Below are positions 19,520 through 30,000 of a stretch of DNA of 64,000 nt, piece after piece (position 1 is the stretch's first letter; every line of letters begins with the position of its first letter). Below the pieces are notes generated by a model, which had not been told where the DNA came from, did not search any database, and saw only the letters and a list, made by a program, of their open reading frames with translations. The DNA is from an uncultured bacterium (lineage in GTDB: Bacteria; Krumholzibacteriota; Krumholzibacteriia; LZORAL124-64-63). The stretch spans positions 640,001 through 704,000 of the forward strand of contig CAVSGO010000007.1 in assembly GCA_963727525.1 (NCBI GenBank), read 5' to 3'. Both the position numbers and the translations under genes were made by a program.

Positions 19520-20794
19520 TCAGAAGACGAGGTGGCTGCTCACGGCGACGCCGAGGCCGCGGGTGTCGCTCGGAGCGAAGCCGCCGCGGTTCATCACGGC
19601 GAGGTCGAGGCACAAGGGGCCGGCGCGCAGGCCGAGGCCGCCGGCGAGGGAGCTGCCGCTGGGGCCGCCGACGCTGGCGCCGAGGCGCGGGACGAGCCAG
19701 CCGAGGAGTCGCCATTCGGCGCCGGCACCGAGTTGTGGGCGCGTGCTGGTGTTGCCGCGGGTCTCGAAGACCTGCACCCAGTCGGCAGCGAGGAGGAGGC
19801 GGTCTGTTGCGTGGCTCGCGCCGAGGCGAACGCGTCGGGGCAGGGTGGACGTGTAGCCGGTGACGGCATACGTGGTGTCGGAATCGACAACGGCGTTGTC
19901 GAGGTTGTCGTTGTTCGCGGCGATTCCGACGGCGGTGACCGCGTAGACCCGCCGCTCCGGATTGTCGGACCAGCTCAGCGAGCTCATGGCATTGTCGATC
20001 GCCAGGCCGAACGACCAGCCGCCGCGAGCCTGGAGCGTGGCGCCCAGATCCAGGGCGTAGCCGCTGCCACCCTCCGCGGTGACGGCCGCGACCATCGCCT
20101 CGCCGTCGATGGCGTCGAAGGTGGTCGTGAGGCTACCGTGGGCGTCCTCGATGTGCATCTCGTAGAAGCCGCGCAGGTAGCGCGCGTTGGCGCCCACGGC
20201 GAGGCGGCCCACCGGTAGTGTGGCGACGGGGGTTCCGTACGAGAGCGTCGCGGCGCCGACGGCGTAGGCCTCGCCCCAGGTGTCCTGGAAGTCGACGGTC
20301 GCGCCCAGCTCGTTGCCGAAGAGCACGAGGTCGAAGAAGTCACGATCGAGGTTGCCGTGGCCAGCGCCGAAGCCCTGCACGCTGAACGCGAAGTTGGCGA
20401 CCTGCAGGCCGAGAGCGGAGGCGCGCACGTCGGCATCGAGGCTGAACCCGCTCTGGGGAACGTCGGCGAGGATACGTTCCTTGGCGGCCTGGTCGAGTGT
20501 GGCGCCGGAGACCTCGTTGTAGCGCGCCAGCGAGAACGCGTTGTTGTGCACGTCGACGGCCACGCCGAAGAGGCCCACCGTGACGCCGCGGCTGAATGCG
20601 AGATTGGCGGGGTTGTACTCCACGGCATCGAGGCCGGTGGCGGTCGCGGTCGCGGCGCCGGCCATGGCCCAGGCGCGGGTGGCTCCCTGGGCGTGGGCGG
20701 TGGCGGGCGCGCCGGCGTGCAGGAGCAGGAATATGAGCACGGGCGCCGTGATACCGCTCGGGATGCATCCGAGAGAGAGTCCATGTCGCTTCAT
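19520..20794 (-). CDS. Outer-membrane beta-barrel protein (FadL/PorV/DUF5723-like)
   Basis: Signal peptide; N-terminal plug-like RAWAMAGA...YNPANL; amphipathic strands; C-terminal Phe. Confidence 0.65.
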   Translation of the reverse strand: MKRHGLSLGCIPSGITAPVLIFLLLHAGAPATAHAQGATRAWAMAGAATATATGLDAVEYNPANLAFSRGVTVGLFGVAVDVHNNAFSLARYNEVSGATLDQAAKERILADVPQSGFSLDADVRASALGLQVANFAFSVQGFGAGHGNLDRDFFDLVLFGNELGATVDFQDTWGEAYAVGAATLSYGTPVATLPVGRLAVGANARYLRGFYEMHIEDAHGSLTTTFDAIDGEAMVAAVTAEGGSGYALDLGATLQARGGWSFGLAIDNAMSSLSWSDNPERRVYAVTAVGIAANNDNLDNAVVDSDTTYAVTGYTSTLPRRVRLGASHATDRLLLAADWVQVFETRGNTSTRPQLGAGAEWRLLGWLVPRLGASVGGPSGSSLAGGLGLRAGPLCLDLAVMNRGGFAPSDTRGLGVAVSSHLVF

Positions 20795-20830
20795 CGCCAA
20801 GTCCTTCGTGGGACCGGTTCGCACCGGTCG

Positions 20831-22891
20831 CTAGTCGTCGCTGACCCGCACGTCCAGGCGGATGACGCCGTGGACCTCGAGATAGTCGGTGGTGAGCACG
20901 CGGACGGGCTCGCCGTCGGTGCTGGGCAGGTGCACTTCCAGCACCGAGTAGAGACCTTCGGTGGCGAGCACCTGGGTGTCGTCGGCCGTGAGAGCCACCA
21001 GCGGGTGGCTCGTCACGGGTTCCGTCACGGTGTGGCCCTGGGGATCGACCTCGGCGGCCGCGATCGACAGCGGGCCGATGGCCAGGAGAGGGTCGGTCCG
21101 GATGCTGGTGGTATCGGTGGCGAAGAGCACACGCAGTTCCACGCCCACGGGGAGGTGGTTGAGCACCTCGAGGTCGGCGAGCGCGTCGCCGGCGTGGTCG
21201 CGCAGGAGGTTGCGGGTATCGGTGTCGAGGCCGAGGGCGTTCGGGTCGCCGTAGATGCGCGAATCGTCGACCACGAACTCCACCGGCGCCTCGATGTGCC
21301 AGTCCACGACGGCGTGGTCGCCGGCATGGACGGTGCCGATGGTGCCGTCGCCGCCCACGTGCACGCCGCCCGTCAGGGTGATGTGCGTGGGCAGGTTGTT
21401 CAGGAAATCGACGATCGTGCTGTTAGCCTCGTCGAGCACGATGGTGGTGACCTCGGCGCGGTCGACCTCGCCGGCGGCGATGCGCTGGGTGATGGCCAGC
21501 TCGCGCACGTCGCCGCTGGCCGAAGTGCCACTGAGAGCGAGGTCGGCGTCGGCCTCGATGCCGGCCGTGTTGGCCAGGGCGAGTGTGAGCGTGGCTCGCG
21601 TGAGCTGGAGTCCGCTCAGTTCCTCGGGCAGATCGATGTCGGCGTCGATCGCGTCGACGGTGTACTCGGTCGCGGGTACCGAACCGGTGACGCTGGCGAA
21701 GGTGATCCTGCCGGCGCCGAGCTGTGCGCGCAGGCCGTCAGTGGACGTCAGGTGCACGCTGCCGCCGGCGCTGCCGGGCGAGGTGACGTCGACCTCGGCG
21801 ACGATCGCGTTGAGGGGCACGCTGTCGGCGGCCCGCACGATGCGGCCGCCGAAGTCGACGGCGGCGGCGATGGTGGCGCCGGGTGCGAGGTCGTAGACCT
21901 GCTGCAAGGGCTGCTCGTCGAGGTCGACGATGGACGGCCACGTGACGACGGCGTGGCAGGGGATGGGCATCGCGTTGGTCACATCGAGGGTGGCGGCGCC
22001 GTCGGCGATCACGGCTTGCAGTACGCCGTAGTCGGCCGGCAGGTCCGTCGTGAACGTGGTGTGCAGCTCCTGGGCATCGATGACGGCGCTGGCCTCGTCG
22101 ACGGTGAGGTCGGCGAAGTCGGCGTGGACGGAGATGTTGGCCGCGGCATCGACGACCACGAACGCGCCCTCGCTACCGGGCGAGCCGCCGGTCAGTTGCA
22201 CGCTCACCTCGCCCGGTAGCCAGGCGCCGGTGAGGTCGGCCGTCTGCACGGCATCGGCGCCGGGGGCGATGGCGTCGAAATCGATGGTGACGAACGCACT
22301 GCCGGTGGCCGGGTCGACGAGCGCGAGCATGAGGTGGTCGGCGCCGGCGTCGGCGGAGACGGGCACCGGAAGGCCGTTGTGCACCGTCACCGTGAGCGAG
22401 CCGCTCGCGAGGTGCGCGCTGTCGACGTCGGCAAGGTCGTGAGGATCGCTCGACTGGGCGATCGGGAACGGAGGCACGGGCAGCGTCTGACCGTCGAGGC
22501 CCGCGGCAACGGGATAGAGGTCGGCGAGGGTGAAGTCGAAGTCGACCGGCGCGGCGAGGTCGAGCGTGAAAGCGCCGAGGCTGGTGTCGATGGTCTGTTC
22601 GGGGATATCGGCGGCGAGGTCGAAATCGAGGGCCACCGTGTCTGCATCGCCGTCGACGACGAAGCCGAGAACGGCGTCGCCCAGCTCGGTGAGATAGGCC
22701 TCGTCGTCGATCACATCGGCGATGTCGAGGCGCTCCTGGCCGAGCGGCACCACGACCTGCGTGGTGAACGTGGGCAGGGCGGGCTTTTCGATGTCGCAGC
22801 CCGCGGCCCCGAGCAGGGCGAGCGCGATGAGTCCCCCACCGGCAGCGGCGTGCGGCAGGTTCGGGCGACGGGGACGGTACCGGACGGGCAT
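20831..22891 (-). CDS. Large beta-rich lipoprotein of unknown function
   Basis: Lipobox AAGC followed by DIEKPALPTF..VVVPLG; acidic and beta-rich, with recurring N-x-[LM]-P units. Confidence 0.7.
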   Translation of the reverse strand: MPVRYRPRRPNLPHAAAGGGLIALALLGAAGCDIEKPALPTFTTQVVVPLGQERLDIADVIDDEAYLTELGDAVLGFVVDGDADTVALDFDLAADIPEQTIDTSLGAFTLDLAAPVDFDFTLADLYPVAAGLDGQTLPVPPFPIAQSSDPHDLADVDSAHLASGSLTVTVHNGLPVPVSADAGADHLMLALVDPATGSAFVTIDFDAIAPGADAVQTADLTGAWLPGEVSVQLTGGSPGSEGAFVVVDAAANISVHADFADLTVDEASAVIDAQELHTTFTTDLPADYGVLQAVIADGAATLDVTNAMPIPCHAVVTWPSIVDLDEQPLQQVYDLAPGATIAAAVDFGGRIVRAADSVPLNAIVAEVDVTSPGSAGGSVHLTSTDGLRAQLGAGRITFASVTGSVPATEYTVDAIDADIDLPEELSGLQLTRATLTLALANTAGIEADADLALSGTSASGDVRELAITQRIAAGEVDRAEVTTIVLDEANSTIVDFLNNLPTHITLTGGVHVGGDGTIGTVHAGDHAVVDWHIEAPVEFVVDDSRIYGDPNALGLDTDTRNLLRDHAGDALADLEVLNHLPVGVELRVLFATDTTSIRTDPLLAIGPLSIAAAEVDPQGHTVTEPVTSHPLVALTADDTQVLATEGLYSVLEVHLPSTDGEPVRVLTTDYLEVHGVIRLDVRVSDD

Positions 22892-23234
22892 GGGCGGCTC
22901 CTTGGCGACTCTTCCAGAGGCATCGAGATGAACGGGGCAATACGGCGGCTATGGAAGTTCTGTACCACCGGCCACGGCCGGGAGGCGCGATGGCGCACGG
23001 GACACGAGGTGCCACGATGGGGAATCATCGGCCACGACGCGGAGGGCACGGGAAGGGCGACAGCAGGAGCGGACGCATGTGACATTGCGCGGATGCGGCG
23101 CGCCGGGCGGGCATCTTGCACGATCGCCGCTGCTTGCTCTCGACGGGAGGCGCCCCTAGTATCTAGGATCTGATATCGAGAGCCGAACGATCGACGGACG
23201 GTCGTGCCGGCCGCAGGCAACGGAAAGGCCACGA

Positions 23235-24221
23235 GTGCTCCGCGACATTGGCCGACGACTTCTAATGGCATGCCTGCTCGTACTGGGGCTGCTCACCGCG
23301 GTCTTCTTCGTGGTCCACGCCATGCCCGGCGATCCGGCGTCGCTGGTATTCGAGTCCGACCTCTCGGCCGGCCAGCGGACGCTGATGCGCGAGCGCCTCG
23401 GACTCGATGCGCCGTTGCTGGTGCAGTACGGCCGCTGGCTCGGTGGCGCCGTGCACGGCGATCTCGGCATGAGCCTGCGCCAGCAACGACCGGTGGCCGC
23501 CGTGGTCGGCGAGGCGATCGGACCCACGCTCCTGCTCACCTTCAGCGCGTTCCTGGTGGAACTCGGCGGTGCGATCCTGGCCGGCGTGGCGATGGCGCGC
23601 TGGCGTGGTCAACGGCGCGAGTGGGCGCTGAACACCGGCGGTCTCGTGCTCTATTCGCTACCCTCGTTCTGGCTCGGACTCATGGCGATCATGGTGTTCG
23701 CGCGCGGCCTGGGCTGGTTCCCCGCCGGTGGCATGCGGGCGCCCGATGCGGCCTACTTCTCCGTCGCGCACCGCGCGCTGGACATGCTGCGGCATCTCGT
23801 GTTGCCGGTCGCGGTACTGGGACTCGGCAACTTCGCGGTGACGGCGCGTTTCGTACGCAACGCGCTGGGCGAGGTGCTCGAGCAGGACTACATCCTCGCG
23901 GCGCGCGCGCGGGGCCTGCCCGAGCGCACCATCATCTGGCGACACGGACTGCGCGCCGCCCTCCTGCCCGTGGTCACACTCGTGGGACTGGGGTTGCCGC
24001 AACTCCTGGCCGGGGCAGTGGTGGTGGAGGAGGTCTTCGCCTGGCCGGGCATGGGCCGGGTGACCATCGCGGCGCTCTTCGCGCGCGACTATCCCGTCAT
24101 CATGGCGACGACGGCGATCGCCGCGGTACTCGTGGTGCTGGGCAACCTCGTGGCCGACCTGCTCTACCAGTGGGCGGATCCCCGCGTGCGGCTGGGAGGT
24201 GAACGTTCGTGGCGCGGCTGA
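23235..24221 (+). CDS. Peptide/nickel ABC transporter permease (DppB/OppB family)
   Basis: MPGDPA, LGLDAPLLVQYGRWL..GDLG, EAA-like loop YILAARARGL, EEVFAWPGMG, RDYPVI. Confidence 0.92.
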   Translation: MLRDIGRRLLMACLLVLGLLTAVFFVVHAMPGDPASLVFESDLSAGQRTLMRERLGLDAPLLVQYGRWLGGAVHGDLGMSLRQQRPVAAVVGEAIGPTLLLTFSAFLVELGGAILAGVAMARWRGQRREWALNTGGLVLYSLPSFWLGLMAIMVFARGLGWFPAGGMRAPDAAYFSVAHRALDMLRHLVLPVAVLGLGNFAVTARFVRNALGEVLEQDYILAARARGLPERTIIWRHGLRAALLPVVTLVGLGLPQLLAGAVVVEEVFAWPGMGRVTIAALFARDYPVIMATTAIAAVLVVLGNLVADLLYQWADPRVRLGGERSWRG

Positions 24222-25102
24222 TGCGACGCGATGCGATACCGGCTCTGCGGAGCTGGCGTGCGGCGTGGCGCGGGCGTCTCGACCTGCGCATCGGCCTCGT
24301 GCTCGTGGCCCTCGCGGTGCTGCTGGCGCTGGGGGCCGACGTCTTCGCGCCGGGCGATGCGGCGGCGCCGGGGCCGAGCGCGGCGCGGTTGCTCGCACCG
24401 GGGCCCGGACACTGGCTGGGGACCGACGCGCTCGGCCGCGGCGTGGCCACGCGCCTCGTGCACGGTAGCCGTGTGTCGTTGCTCGTGGGCTGGGTGAGCG
24501 TCCTCGCGGCGGTCATGGTGGGCGCCTTCGTGGGGCTAGCGGCCGCACTCGGTCCCCGGGTGGTCGATCGCCTGCTGATGGCGGTCACGGATGTCTTCCT
24601 GGCGTTTCCCCGCGTCTTTCTCGTTCTGTTGCTCGTTGCGCTGACGCGACCGTCGCTCCTTCTGGTCATGGTCGTGCTGGGGCTCACCGGCTGGATGGAC
24701 GTGGCGCGGCTCGTGCGCGCCGAGGCGTTGAGCCTGCGCGAACGCGACTTCGTGGCGGCGGCGCGCGGGCTGGGGCAGAACCCATGGCAGGTGGCCTGGC
24801 GCCACGTGCTGCCGAATGTGCTGCCGGTGCTGGTGGTTTCGGCGACCCTGCGCGTGGGGGGGGCGATCCTGCTGGAGTCTTTCCTCAGCTACCTCGGACT
24901 CGGCGCGCAGGAACCGACGGTGAGCTGGGGGGCCATGATCGCGCAGGGACGGGCCTACCTGCTCGACGCCTGGTGGCTGACGGCGTTTCCCGGCATGGCC
25001 ATCGCACTCACGGTGCTGGGTTACAACCTGCTGGGCGACGGATTGCGCACCTGGCTCGACCCGCGCGCCGAGTTGCAGGAGGGCGGCCATGGTTCCCGCT
25101 GA
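24209..25102 (+). CDS. Peptide/nickel ABC transporter permease (DppC/OppC family)
   Basis: HWLGTDALGR, FVAAARGLG, HVLPN, LSYLGLG..SWG.MI, YNLLGDGLR..LDP. Confidence 0.92.
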   Translation: MARLMRRDAIPALRSWRAAWRGRLDLRIGLVLVALAVLLALGADVFAPGDAAAPGPSAARLLAPGPGHWLGTDALGRGVATRLVHGSRVSLLVGWVSVLAAVMVGAFVGLAAALGPRVVDRLLMAVTDVFLAFPRVFLVLLLVALTRPSLLLVMVVLGLTGWMDVARLVRAEALSLRERDFVAAARGLGQNPWQVAWRHVLPNVLPVLVVSATLRVGGAILLESFLSYLGLGAQEPTVSWGAMIAQGRAYLLDAWWLTAFPGMAIALTVLGYNLLGDGLRTWLDPRAELQEGGHGSR

Positions 25103-26855
25103 TCTGCTACGCGTGCAGGGGTTGACGGTGCAGTACGCCGGCAGCGACGTGCCGGCCCTGGATGCATGCGACCTGCAGATCGCGGCCGGCGGGACGCTCG
25201 CCGTGGTCGGCCCCTCGGGCAGCGGCAAGACGACGCTGGCTCGCGCCCTCCTCGGTCTGTTGCCGCGCGGCGCGGTGCGGGCGGGCACGCTCACGTGGCG
25301 CGGCCACGAGCTGGGCGACGAGGACCTCTGGCGGCGGCTGCGCGGCCTGGAGATCGGGCTCGTGCTCCAGGATCCGCAAACCGCGCTCAATCCCGTCCTC
25401 ACGGTGGGCGAGCAGATCGCCGCGCCGCTGCGCGCCCACCAGAAACTCGCGCCTGCGGCGGCGGCCCGACGGACCGAGGCGCTCATGGCCGAGGTGCGGT
25501 TGCCCGACCCGGCGCGGCTCGCGCGCTGCTACCCCCATGAGCTGAGTGGCGGCATGCGGCAGCGCGTGGGGGTGGCCGCGGCGCTGGCGGCATCGCCGTC
25601 CCTGCTGGTGGCCGACGAGCCGACCGCGGCGCTGGACGTGTCGACGCAGCGCGAGATCCTCAACCTGCTGCGCTCGCTGCAACGGACGCGGCGGCTCGCA
25701 CTGATCTTTGTCACGCACGACCTCGCGATCGTTCCGCTGGTCGCCGACCGCGTGCTCGTCCTCGCCGAGGGCGTGGTGGTCGAGGAGGGTTCGGTCGCGA
25801 ACGTGATGGCTGCGCCGAGGCACGCCGTCACGCGCGCCCTCGTCGGCGCCGTGCCGCCGGATCGTGCGTCGGCGGAATCGACCCTGCCCGTGCTCGCGGC
25901 GCGAGGCATCGGTGTCACGCTCACGGGGCCGCGTGGTCGGCGGCAGACCGTCGTCACCGATGTCGATCTCGATCTCGTCCCCGGTCAGACACTCGGCCTG
26001 GCCGGAGAATCGGGCTGTGGCAAGACGACGCTGGCGCGTGCGCTCGTGCGCCTCGTGCCGGCTACCGGTTCGTTGCGTTTGGCCAACCACGACCTCTTCG
26101 CGGCGCGCGGCGCGGCGCTGCGCCGGCTGCGTCGCGGCGTTCAACTCGTCTTCCAGGATCCGGCGGCCGCGCTCGATCCGCGGCAGACGGTATTCGATGC
26201 GCTGAGCGACGCGTCGACCGCCTCGGGGCGTCATGGCGAGACGGCTTGGCGGGCGGCGGCGAACCTGTTGGCCGAGGTCGACCTGCCCATCTCGGTGGGG
26301 CGCAGCTATCCCCACGAACTGTCAGGTGGGCAACAGCGCCGCGTCGTCCTGGCGCGCGCCCTGGCCGCGGAACCGTACGTGATCATCGCCGACGAGCCGA
26401 CGACCTCCCTCGATCCGCCCACCCAGGTGCACGTGCTCGAGACGCTGCACGACCTGCAGGCGCGGCGCGGTCTCGCCATTCTCCTGATCTCGCACGATCT
26501 GGGCTTGCTGATGCGGGTGTGCCACCGCGTGGCCGTGATGTTCGCCGGCCGTATCGTCGAGGTCCTGCCTACGACGGGGGGAGGGGAGGCGATGCATCCC
26601 TGCACACGCGACCTGCTCGCCGCCTCGCCGACGGCGCCTCGCGACCTGCAGGAACCCCGGAATGGCGTGCCTCCGCCGCCCGTGGACCCGGTCGCGGCCG
26701 CGCGCCATGGATGCCCCTACGCGGTGCGTTGTCGGCAGCGGCAACCGTCGTGTCTGCAAGCGATTCCCGACCTCCTGCCGGTAGGCTCGGGGCACTTTGT
26801 CCGCTGCCCCATCGTCGCAGGGCCCGTGCAAGAGCAATACATTGACACGGTATAG
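25089..26855 (+). CDS. Fused double ABC ATPase (DppD-DppF type)
   Basis: Two NBDs (GPSGSGKT/LSGGM/ADEP and GESGCGKT/LSGGQ/ADEP) and a C-terminal Cys-containing oligopeptide-ABC tail GCPYAVRC. Confidence 0.92.
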   Translation: MVPADLLRVQGLTVQYAGSDVPALDACDLQIAAGGTLAVVGPSGSGKTTLARALLGLLPRGAVRAGTLTWRGHELGDEDLWRRLRGLEIGLVLQDPQTALNPVLTVGEQIAAPLRAHQKLAPAAAARRTEALMAEVRLPDPARLARCYPHELSGGMRQRVGVAAALAASPSLLVADEPTAALDVSTQREILNLLRSLQRTRRLALIFVTHDLAIVPLVADRVLVLAEGVVVEEGSVANVMAAPRHAVTRALVGAVPPDRASAESTLPVLAARGIGVTLTGPRGRRQTVVTDVDLDLVPGQTLGLAGESGCGKTTLARALVRLVPATGSLRLANHDLFAARGAALRRLRRGVQLVFQDPAAALDPRQTVFDALSDASTASGRHGETAWRAAANLLAEVDLPISVGRSYPHELSGGQQRRVVLARALAAEPYVIIADEPTTSLDPPTQVHVLETLHDLQARRGLAILLISHDLGLLMRVCHRVAVMFAGRIVEVLPTTGGGEAMHPCTRDLLAASPTAPRDLQEPRNGVPPPPVDPVAAARHGCPYAVRCRQRQPSCLQAIPDLLPVGSGHFVRCPIVAGPVQEQYIDTV

Positions 26856-26870
26856 GCCAATCTCTATATT
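26842..26870 (+). promoter_or_regulatory. Sigma70 promoter of the TonB-dependent receptor operon
   Basis: TTGACA-17 nt-TATATT. Confidence 0.75.
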
Positions 26871-27058
26871 CAAGCACCAGTTGCAAGTATGGACGCTGGC
26901 CGGGAGTTCCGCGCTTTGCGAGTTGCAGGATGACCGGATTGAAGGTTCCCCACACAACGCCAGGCTGAAGGTCGGTGCCTGAGATCATTCAAGTCTTTCG
27001 CGGGTCCGCCCGGTACACCGTCGTGACCGAGGCGGGTTCGTTCGAAAGGAGCCACAGC

Positions 27059-30000
27059 ATGCTCCGGCGTTTCCGTGTCCTGCGGATGCTCGTCGTGTTG
27101 AGTCTAGTGGGGCTGGTCGTTGCCGGCGTCCCATCGCGCGTCTGGGCCCAGGGTGCTCCGGCGATGATCAAGGGAACCGTCGTCGATGGCGAGAGCGGAG
27201 AACTGCTCGACTACGCCAACGTCGTCATCAAGGGGACGACGCGTGGCACCATGTCGCTGGGCGGTGGCGCGTTCTACTTCCGCGACATTCCCGCCGGCAC
27301 CTACACCATCCAGATCCTCTACCTAGGCTACGAGCCGGCCGAGCGGACCGTGACCGTGGCGCCGGGCGAGACCAAGACGCTCGAGTTCCGGATGAAGGTG
27401 ACCATCGTCGAGACCCTCGGCGAGTTCGAGGTCGACGCTGCCAGCTACATGGTCGACGTGAAGGGTATGAAGACCAGCCACGACATCGGCGCGGAGAAAT
27501 TCGAGCAGTTCGCGATCGACTCCGTGGAGGACGCTCTGGCGCGCCAGGCCGGTATCGTGATGCGCGCCGGCCAGCTCTACGTGCGCGGCGGCCGCTCGGG
27601 CGAGGTCCAGACCCAGATCGACGGCGTGTCGGTGGACAACCCCATCGGTGGCGGGACGCTTTCGGTGTCGACCCTCGCCGTCGAGAACGTCCAGGCCGTG
27701 ACCGGCGGTCTCGACGCCGAGTACGGCAACGCGCTCTCCGGCGTCGTGAACATCACCACCAAGACCGGTAGCCGCGAGAAGTTCGAGGGCGGTCTGCGCT
27801 TCCTGACCGACGACTTCGGTCGCCAGGACCGCACCTACACCAACTTCGACCGCTTCGAGTACGGCTTCGGCGGCCCGTCGCCCGTGAAGAACCTCACCTA
27901 TTACGTGTCGGGCGACCTCGTCTGGTCGGACAACGAGAACTTCTCGGTGGCCAACCGTCCCGAGTACTCCATCAATTTCGGCGACAAGAACCTCTTCACG
28001 CTGCGTCGCCGTCAGGCCAACAGTGTGCGTGGGTCGGCGAAGCTGGCCTACTACTTCGACGACAAGAGCAAGAAGCTCCTTACCGCGGAATACACGTACT
28101 CGGCGTCGTGGGATCAGTACTACTCGCCGAACTGGAGCGTCGAAGGTTACGTCCAGAAGCTGATCTACATGCCGCAGGTCATCTCGTTGAGCCGATTCGG
28201 GGGCGACAATGCGGACACGTACCTGTACACGGGCTCGCAGATCCCGGTGTACTACGGTCCCTGGTACGATCAGATGCTGGCGACGGCGCGTCCGGCCGTG
28301 GTGCTCGATTCCCACAACTCCAGCGCCACCCGGCATACCGTGCCGATCATGCAGGTACGTTCGGCCGCGTCCGGCGACGTCTTCACTGTCGCGGCCCAGC
28401 CGTCGTTCGAGGGTTTTCGCTATCCGTATTCGCAGTTCTCGAACGTGGCCGAGGATTCCTCGTACGTATACTTCAATTCGGCCAATAACGACCGCCAGAA
28501 CACGAAGCTCAGCCAGAGCGCCAAGCTGGTCTGGCGCCACAGCCTGAGCGAGGATACATTCTACACGGTGCGCCTGGCGCTCGTGGCGTTCGACACGCAT
28601 GTCGACGTCAATGGCAAGGATCCTTACCAGTACAGTCACGGCGGCATCTACTCTCCGGGGTTGTTCTCGGGACAGACGACGATCTACACCACCGCGAACG
28701 ACTACTACACCGACCGGCTGAATCCGCTGTATGTGACCACAAGCGACTACCCGCGCTGGGAAGAACAGTACAGCCGCACCTATCAGCTCAAGTTCGACCT
28801 GACGAGCAGCCGGTGGAAGGGACACCTGGCGCGAACCGGTCTGCTCTTCGTCTACAACGATCTGGCCGAGACGTCGCTGAGCTCGCCGGCCATCGAGTCG
28901 CGCGACCGCTACACGCTCGAGTACCAGCTCGGTGCGAACCGCAACGTGTTCCATACGTACAATCCCGAGGCCTCGTGGTACATCCAGGACCGCTGGGAAT
29001 ACGAGGGCATGGTGGTCAACTACGGATTCCGCTGGGACATGTTCTCGCCGGGGTCGGCGGCCGAGATCCTCCTGCGGAACAACGACGTCGACCGCAACGT
29101 GGTGAAGTACAAGACGCAGTTCTCGCCGCGCCTGGGCTTCGCGTTCCCGATCACGGAGCGTGACGGCTTCAGCTTCTTCTACGGCCGCTTCATCCAGTTC
29201 CCCGATCGCGCGAATCTCTTCGCGAGCCAGCAGGTGGTGGGCAATCAGGGCACCCTGGGCAACCCCAATCTCAACGCCGAGACGACCATGACCTACCAGG
29301 CCGCCATCCAGCACCAGTTCACCGACTACCTGGCCGGTTCGTTCGCCATCTACTCGAAGGACATCTACGACCTGATCTCGGCGACGCAGGTCACCGACAG
29401 CGAGACCGGCAACACGCTGTACCGGTACATCAACAAGGCCTACGCCTCGGCGCGCGGTGTCGAGCTGTCGCTGAACAAACGGTTCAGCGACAGCTTCAGC
29501 TTCGACGTGGCGTACACCTTCGCGTATGCCGACGGCGTGGCGTCGTCCACGGAGTTCGGTACCAATTCCGAGGGTCTCGCCTACCTGCCGAGCCAGGAGC
29601 TGCCGCTGGACTGGGATGTCCGCCATGCGATCAACGTGGGTCTCTACCTCGCGGAACCTGGCTCGTGGTCAGGTTCCGTGGACATGGCCTACAATAGCGG
29701 CTTCCCCTGGACGCCGAACGACCGCTTCGCCAAGCGCCAGGATCCCTTACTCGAGAACAGCAAGCGTTTGCCGTCGACGTTCAACGTCAACATCCAGTTC
29801 CGCCGCGAGCTGAATGTCTACGGGCAGCACCTCACCCTGGAACTCCAGGGGCTCAACCTGCTCAACGAGGATGAGCCACAGGCCCCGGGGCAGAACATCC
29901 TCCCCGGCCTGCAGAACGCCACGTCCGCGTATTACTCTTACTTGACGGAAACGGGCAAGTTCGGCGGCGCATTCCTGCAGGACCAGAACGGCGACACGTT

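Noticed and set aside
23105-23120. Sigma54 promoter (GG-N10-GC, ending TTGCA) before the ABC permease
   Set aside because: The -24 element matches TGGCAC poorly and is likely chance in GC-rich DNA.
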